Shown here piece by piece: positions 13,121-16,727 of a stretch of 16,727 nt of DNA (position 1 is its first letter; each line of letters opens with the position of its first letter). The notes beneath the pieces are model-generated. The model did not search any database and was not told the origin of the DNA. It worked only from the letters and a program-made list of their open reading frames with translations. The translations under genes and the position numbers were made by a program. The DNA comes from a virus, in IMG/VR virus record IMGVR_UViG_3300045988_095784, one strand, 5' to 3'.

Positions 13121-14020
13121 ATGGGAAGAAGAGGTAGAAAAGCACAGTCCGAAGCATTCCTGCAAAATCAGAGAACATATCTACAGTATGTCAATAGGTT
13201 GACAGAATTAAGCATTTCAATGTTTGACTGGAAAAACCTACCAAGTACTATTGATGCGAGATTTTTAGAACTAGCACTTTTTAATGACGGAATGGCAGTA
13301 TTTTTTCAGGATGAAGTCATGGGTTATTTAGGTTTACAAGTTATGATAGGTGGTAAACTTGATGTTTACAGAATACCTATTACTCGAACAGCCTTTGCAC
13401 AAAATGGTTATCAAATGAAACTTGACCCTAACAACAGTGTTATTATTTTTAATAATATGCTACACACTAACAGTATACTTGATGTACAGGAAATGAGTAA
13501 AAGGCTGTATGAAATACAGAGAACTATTGACGTAAATGTAATACAGCAGAAAACTCCTAAAATTATTACTTGTACTGAAAATCAGAGGTTAGTAATGAAA
13601 AATCTGTATGCGCAGTATATGGGTAACGAACCATTTATTTTTGGCGATAAGAATTTAGACCTAAGCGGTATTAAGACTCTTGATACTACAAGTCCTTATG
13701 TTGCTGATAAGTTGTATGAATTAAAGACTCAATATTGGAATGAAGCATTGACGTACTTAGGTATTAGTAATGTTAATACTGTAAAGAAGGAAAGAATGAT
13801 TACTGATGAAGTACAAAGAAACTTAGGTGGAACTATTGCTAGTAGGTATTCAAGATTGTTTATGAGACAGCAGGCTTGCGAGCAGATTAATGCAATGTTT
13901 GGACTAAACATTAGTGTTGAATATCGTGAGGATATGCAGGTACTTGATACTTATGATACTGATGAAGCAAAGTTGAGTAATGAAACTGATGTAGGCAAAG
14001 GTGGTGAGAATAATGAGTAA
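13121..14020 (+). CDS. Portal (head-tail connector) protein, phi29 gp10-like (299 aa)
   Basis: It has a perfect SD, AAAGGAGGTGA. FDWKNLPSTIDARFLE, QKTPKII, YAQYMGNEPFIF, SPYVADKL and KKERMITDEV parallel the recalled phi29 gp10 (FEWENLPPTINPSFLE, QKTPVLI, YNQYEGNAPVIF, APYVVDKL, KKERMVTDEV). Confidence 0.95.
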   Translation: MGRRGRKAQSEAFLQNQRTYLQYVNRLTELSISMFDWKNLPSTIDARFLELALFNDGMAVFFQDEVMGYLGLQVMIGGKLDVYRIPITRTAFAQNGYQMKLDPNNSVIIFNNMLHTNSILDVQEMSKRLYEIQRTIDVNVIQQKTPKIITCTENQRLVMKNLYAQYMGNEPFIFGDKNLDLSGIKTLDTTSPYVADKLYELKTQYWNEALTYLGISNVNTVKKERMITDEVQRNLGGTIASRYSRLFMRQQACEQINAMFGLNISVEYREDMQVLDTYDTDEAKLSNETDVGKGGENNE

Positions 14021-14822
14021 GTATACAACAGAGGTACGATTTATTTGTGAAAATAGTGCAGGCTTGAGTGAGAGTGAGGGCGCAGATAATGTTGATAGTA
14101 TTTTAGACAGATGTTGGAATAAGGTTTTTAATTTTGACTTTCCTATCTTTGATGAAAACTATAGGCAGGTTTTGTGCAAGAAAATATTGAAGCACTATTA
14201 TACGAGAGAGATTGCACATGAAACTGTGGGTAGGTGGAAGCTTGCATTAAATGCTAAGCTAAATGAGATTATGCCTTATTACAATCAGTTGTATAAGAGT
14301 GAGTTACTTGAGTTCAATCCTTTTTATGATGTTGATTTGACTAGGAGTAGAGAGGGTAGCGGTACTAGAGATACTACTGGTAGTAGTACTAGTAATAGGA
14401 CTAATAGTAATACAGAGACAAATAAGAATGAGACTAAGGATGTGAATAGTGCTAGTGGCACAAGTAATACTGATACCTTGAATAGGTTTAGTGATACACC
14501 TCAAAATAGCATGGACACACAGGGTATTGCTGATAGCGTTCCTTTGACTACAGTTACTAAGGTAAATGAAGATAATACTACAACTAATAATAGCACTGAT
14601 ACAATTACAAGTAATGGAAGTAGAACTGGAAATGGTACTGAGAATGTAACAGGAAATAATACAGAAAATGTTAATAGCACTGATAAGTATATTGAAACAG
14701 TAAAAGGTAAACAGGGTACAGAAAATTATAGCAGTTTATTAAAGAAATTTAGAGAGACTTTTCTCAATATTGATATGCGAATAATTAAGGATTGTAGTGA
14801 TTGCTTCTTTACTTTATGGTAA
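14013..14822 (+). CDS. Lower collar protein, gp11-like (269 aa)
   Basis: The ORF track starts at GTG 14001. ATG 14013 follows AAAGGTGGTGAG. It lies immediately after the portal gene. ETVGRWK...IMPYYNQLYKSELLEFNP is typical of lower collar proteins as I recall them. The long T/N/S-rich middle fits the tube-forming beta-hairpin region. Confidence 0.8.
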   Translation: MSKYTTEVRFICENSAGLSESEGADNVDSILDRCWNKVFNFDFPIFDENYRQVLCKKILKHYYTREIAHETVGRWKLALNAKLNEIMPYYNQLYKSELLEFNPFYDVDLTRSREGSGTRDTTGSSTSNRTNSNTETNKNETKDVNSASGTSNTDTLNRFSDTPQNSMDTQGIADSVPLTTVTKVNEDNTTTNNSTDTITSNGSRTGNGTENVTGNNTENVNSTDKYIETVKGKQGTENYSSLLKKFRETFLNIDMRIIKDCSDCFFTLW

Positions 14823-14840
14823 AGGGAAAGAGAGGTAATA

Positions 14841-15251
14841 ATGAACGCAAATTATAAGAACTTAACAAAGTTTAGGTTTTGGTGCTTTAAAGTGTTACCA
14901 CTAGTGTATGATGATGAATTAAGTTATTATGAAGTTATCTGCAAGTGTGTTGATTATATTAATAACTTGATTGAGAATGATAAAGCTATTAGTAATGATG
15001 TTGAACAGTTAAAGCAAGAAATGAAGCAGGTTCAGGAATGGATTGATAATTATGATACTAGCTTTGCAGAGAGTATTATCAGAGAGTATCTTGCTACTAT
15101 GATATTTGTCACTATTAGTGACAGTGGTTATATTGTTTATAATATTCCTGCTAATTGGAAAAGTATTACATTTAATACTACTGGATTGGATATTGAAAAT
15201 AATATCGGTGTTGGTAACTATGACTACGGTCATTTAGTATTAAGCTATTAA
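14841..15251 (+). CDS. Small tail-fibre/appendage-associated structural protein (136 aa)
   Basis: AGAGAGGT SD. FRFWCFKVLPLVYDDELSYYEVICKCVDYINNLIEND is a motif I recognise from the N-termini of Firmicute phage tail-fibre/appendage proteins. A short coiled-coil follows, and the protein ends ...DYGHLVLSY. Confidence 0.45.
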   Translation: MNANYKNLTKFRFWCFKVLPLVYDDELSYYEVICKCVDYINNLIENDKAISNDVEQLKQEMKQVQEWIDNYDTSFAESIIREYLATMIFVTISDSGYIVYNIPANWKSITFNTTGLDIENNIGVGNYDYGHLVLSY

Positions 15252-15271
15252 GAAAGAGAGGTAAGATTAAT

Positions 15272-16570
15272 ATGAGTAATGGTTTAATTAACAGACAGTA
15301 TGTTGGTGCTAGGTATGTACCTAAGATTATGGGTGAGTGGAATAAGGCTTTACAGTATGAAGCGTTGAGTGTGGTGACGTATATGGGTAATAGCTTTACG
15401 AGTAAAGTGCCAGTGCCTGCGAATAGCGTTGATATTGATAATACAGATTATTGGGTAAATACTGGTAATTATAATGCACAGGTCACAGAATACAAGGAAA
15501 TAGTAGAAAAAGAAATTGAAGATAGAAAAAATGCTGATACAGAAATATCAGATAATTTAACAAATGAAATAAATAACAGAAAAAATGCTGATACAGAAAT
15601 ATCAGATAATTTAACAAATGAAATAAATAACAGAAAAAATGCTGATAAAGATAACATTTTATGGATTGGAGACTCATACAGTGTAAACTATAATCATAAA
15701 CTACCTAATGGTGTACGTAATATGCTTAACGCTAAAAATTGGTATGAACATAGCAGAGGTGGCGCAGGTTTTGCAGGTAAATGGGGAGGTATTGACTTTA
15801 ATGGTTTAATTGATGAAGCCAAAAATGAAATGAGTGATACTCAAAAAGAAATGATAAAGCATGTGTATATAGTTGGTGGTGCTAATGATAGTAATTTTAC
15901 TTGGGTAGAAATTAAACCTAAAGTTATTAGTACTGTTGCTAATGCTAGAAATAGTTTTCCTAATGCACAAGTTTGTTTTATATTTGCTAGTAGTGCATAT
16001 ACTGAATACTTAAAGTTACTTAATATGACTAAAAATATATCTAACGATAACTTAATGCCTTGTATATTTGCTATGTCATATTATTATTTAACTGGCGCAT
16101 TTTACAACACCGATAATTTGCATTATACAGAGGAAGCAACTAATTATATTATAAGCGTTATATCTAATTTAATATGTGGTTCAAGTTATATTCCAACTAT
16201 CACATATAATGTTGCAAATGCTTGCTTTGAGGGCTGGACTCCTATTAGTAAACAACTACAGGTTTCCGCACCTAGTGGTGTATTAAAAATATCTAGCCCG
16301 TATTTATCTTTATCAAAAAGTGTTGAACAGCCTTTTGAAACTGACCTATATAATAATACTATATTATTAAAAAGTAAACCTATTAGTGATACTGATAGAG
16401 ATGTATTTCCGCTATTACCGACTAGAATATATGTACAAGTAAAAATTAAAGATGTTATTTATAATGATTATTTAGAGTGCGAATTAGATAATTCAACACA
16501 TCAATTAATATGGTCAACAAATAATTCATATCCTGCTACCAAAGATATGATTATAAAAATTATAGGATAA
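15272..16570 (+). CDS. Tail appendage / receptor-binding protein with SGNH (GDSL) esterase domain (432 aa)
   Basis: The N-terminal anchor is RQYVGARYVPKIMGEWNKALQYEALSVVTYMGNSFTSKVPVP...DYWV, which is fibre-like. A coiled-coil stalk follows, containing 18-aa repeats. The SGNH blocks are I LWIGDSYS (Ser135, nt 15674-15676), II SRGGAGF, III VGGANDS (Asn205) and V DNLH (Asp281/His284). A C-terminal domain of about 140 aa follows. Confidence 0.75.
   Translation: MSNGLINRQYVGARYVPKIMGEWNKALQYEALSVVTYMGNSFTSKVPVPANSVDIDNTDYWVNTGNYNAQVTEYKEIVEKEIEDRKNADTEISDNLTNEINNRKNADTEISDNLTNEINNRKNADKDNILWIGDSYSVNYNHKLPNGVRNMLNAKNWYEHSRGGAGFAGKWGGIDFNGLIDEAKNEMSDTQKEMIKHVYIVGGANDSNFTWVEIKPKVISTVANARNSFPNAQVCFIFASSAYTEYLKLLNMTKNISNDNLMPCIFAMSYYYLTGAFYNTDNLHYTEEATNYIISVISNLICGSSYIPTITYNVANACFEGWTPISKQLQVSAPSGVLKISSPYLSLSKSVEQPFETDLYNNTILLKSKPISDTDRDVFPLLPTRIYVQVKIKDVIYNDYLECELDNSTHQLIWSTNNSYPATKDMIIKIIG
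15524..15647 (+). repeat. Perfect in-frame 54-bp tandem repeat, 2.3 copies
   Basis: 15524-15577 and 15578-15631 are identical and encode RKNADTEISDNLTNEINN. 15632-15647 repeats the first 16 nt. Confidence 0.95.
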
Positions 16571-16582
16571 TATCACACACCT

Positions 16583-16609
16583 AAGCACGTGTATAAACTG
16601 CTTATTTTT
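16583..16609 (+). terminator. Weak candidate terminator of the late operon
   Basis: AAGCA (16583-16587) pairs with TGCTT (16599-16603), followed by ATTTTTA. The stem is only 5 bp and the loop is 11 nt. Confidence 0.3.
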
Positions 16610-16631
16610 ATGACTTGCTAACGTTGTACCG

Positions 16632-16727
16632 CTGCAACGCGTCACCACTTTACCACTGCGCAGTGTCAACCTTGTACCGCATGGCGGTACGGGGTATGCA
16701 CCAAAAAACCAAAGTGAGTACCCAGGG
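16632..16727. repeat. Right inverted terminal repeat (96 bp perfect; degenerate homology from about 16617)
   Basis: It is the exact reverse complement of 1-96. TGTACC (16625-16630) and GCTAACGT (16617-16624) still match the left end (98-103 and 112-119) if the left-specific 8-nt insertion is skipped. Confidence 0.95.

Noticed and set aside
235-14012. N-terminal extensions implied by ORF-track starts at 235, 691, 1459, 2408, 4015, 6199, 6479, 8292, 11288 and 14001
   Set aside because: In each case an internal ATG lies 4-8 nt downstream of a strong GGAGG/GAGGTG-type SD, or forms an ATGAnTAA coupling overlap. The upstream start has no SD, is often TTG/GTG, or overlaps the preceding gene or a regulatory element.
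14340-14700. T/N/S-rich low-complexity stretch in the lower collar gene as a hypervariable or diversity-generating region
   Set aside because: I found no template repeat or reverse transcriptase anywhere in the genome. Polar residue runs of this kind fit the long beta-hairpin tube region of phi29-type lower collar proteins. At nucleotide level the stretch is not an exact repeat.
15524-15647. CRISPR-like or minisatellite interpretation of the 54-bp repeats
   Set aside because: The copies are directly adjacent with no spacers. They are in frame inside a long ORF and encode a coiled-coil heptad-like peptide. This is an intragenic tandem duplication.
8686-15677. Other antisense ORFs: 8686..8934, 9455..9763, 10429..10749, 11147..11713, 13729..13911, 14304..14504, 15009..15233, 15469..15657 and 15483..15677
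   Set aside because: Each lies wholly or largely inside a confidently assigned plus-strand structural or lysis gene. None has a ribosome-binding site, and all have low-complexity hydrophobic translations. The last two merely read the 54-bp repeat backwards.

Overview
The window is a complete linear phage genome of 16,727 bp, not a chromosomal fragment. Bases 1-96 are the exact reverse complement of 16632-16727, forming inverted terminal repeats (ITRs). The gene content matches a phi29-like, protein-primed podovirus (Salasmaviridae / former Picovirinae type). The host is probably a low-GC Gram-positive bacterium, because the genome is AT-rich, has strong AGGAGGTGA-type ribosome-binding sites and encodes a BhlA/UviB-type holin.

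Layout:
- Left arm, + strand, 292-6787: small early ORFs, then a phi29-syntenic replication block. The block runs p6-like dsDNA-binding protein, p5-like SSB, a short terminal protein, family-B protein-primed DNA polymerase, then four small ORFs. Two of those small ORFs are below the ORF-track cutoff.
- A bidirectional terminator at 6793-6823 closes the arm.
- The only minus-strand gene is the gp16-like packaging ATPase (6939-7979).
- Back-to-back near-consensus sigma-A promoters (8025-8068) fire the ATPase leftward. Rightward they drive holin, endolysin, gp13-like lysozyme, scaffold, capsid (Big_2), tail knob, portal, lower collar, a small fibre-like protein and an SGNH-esterase appendage.

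I see no integrase, repressor, tRNA, CRISPR array or transposase.

Most worth a second look:
- the GC-rich ITRs starting 5'-CCC, and the structured left subterminus
- two overlapping Cys-rich mini-ORFs after the polymerase
- duplicated p6-like genes
- a tandem array of three small look-alike ORFs
- twin CACTAGTG palindromes in an untranslated leader
- two intergenic hairpins with the same T-loop-like heptaloop
- the absence of an identifiable pRNA
- the esterase-type receptor-binding protein with a perfect 54-bp in-frame tandem repeat

All homology statements come from motifs and from my recollection of phi29 proteins plus synteny. No searches were run.
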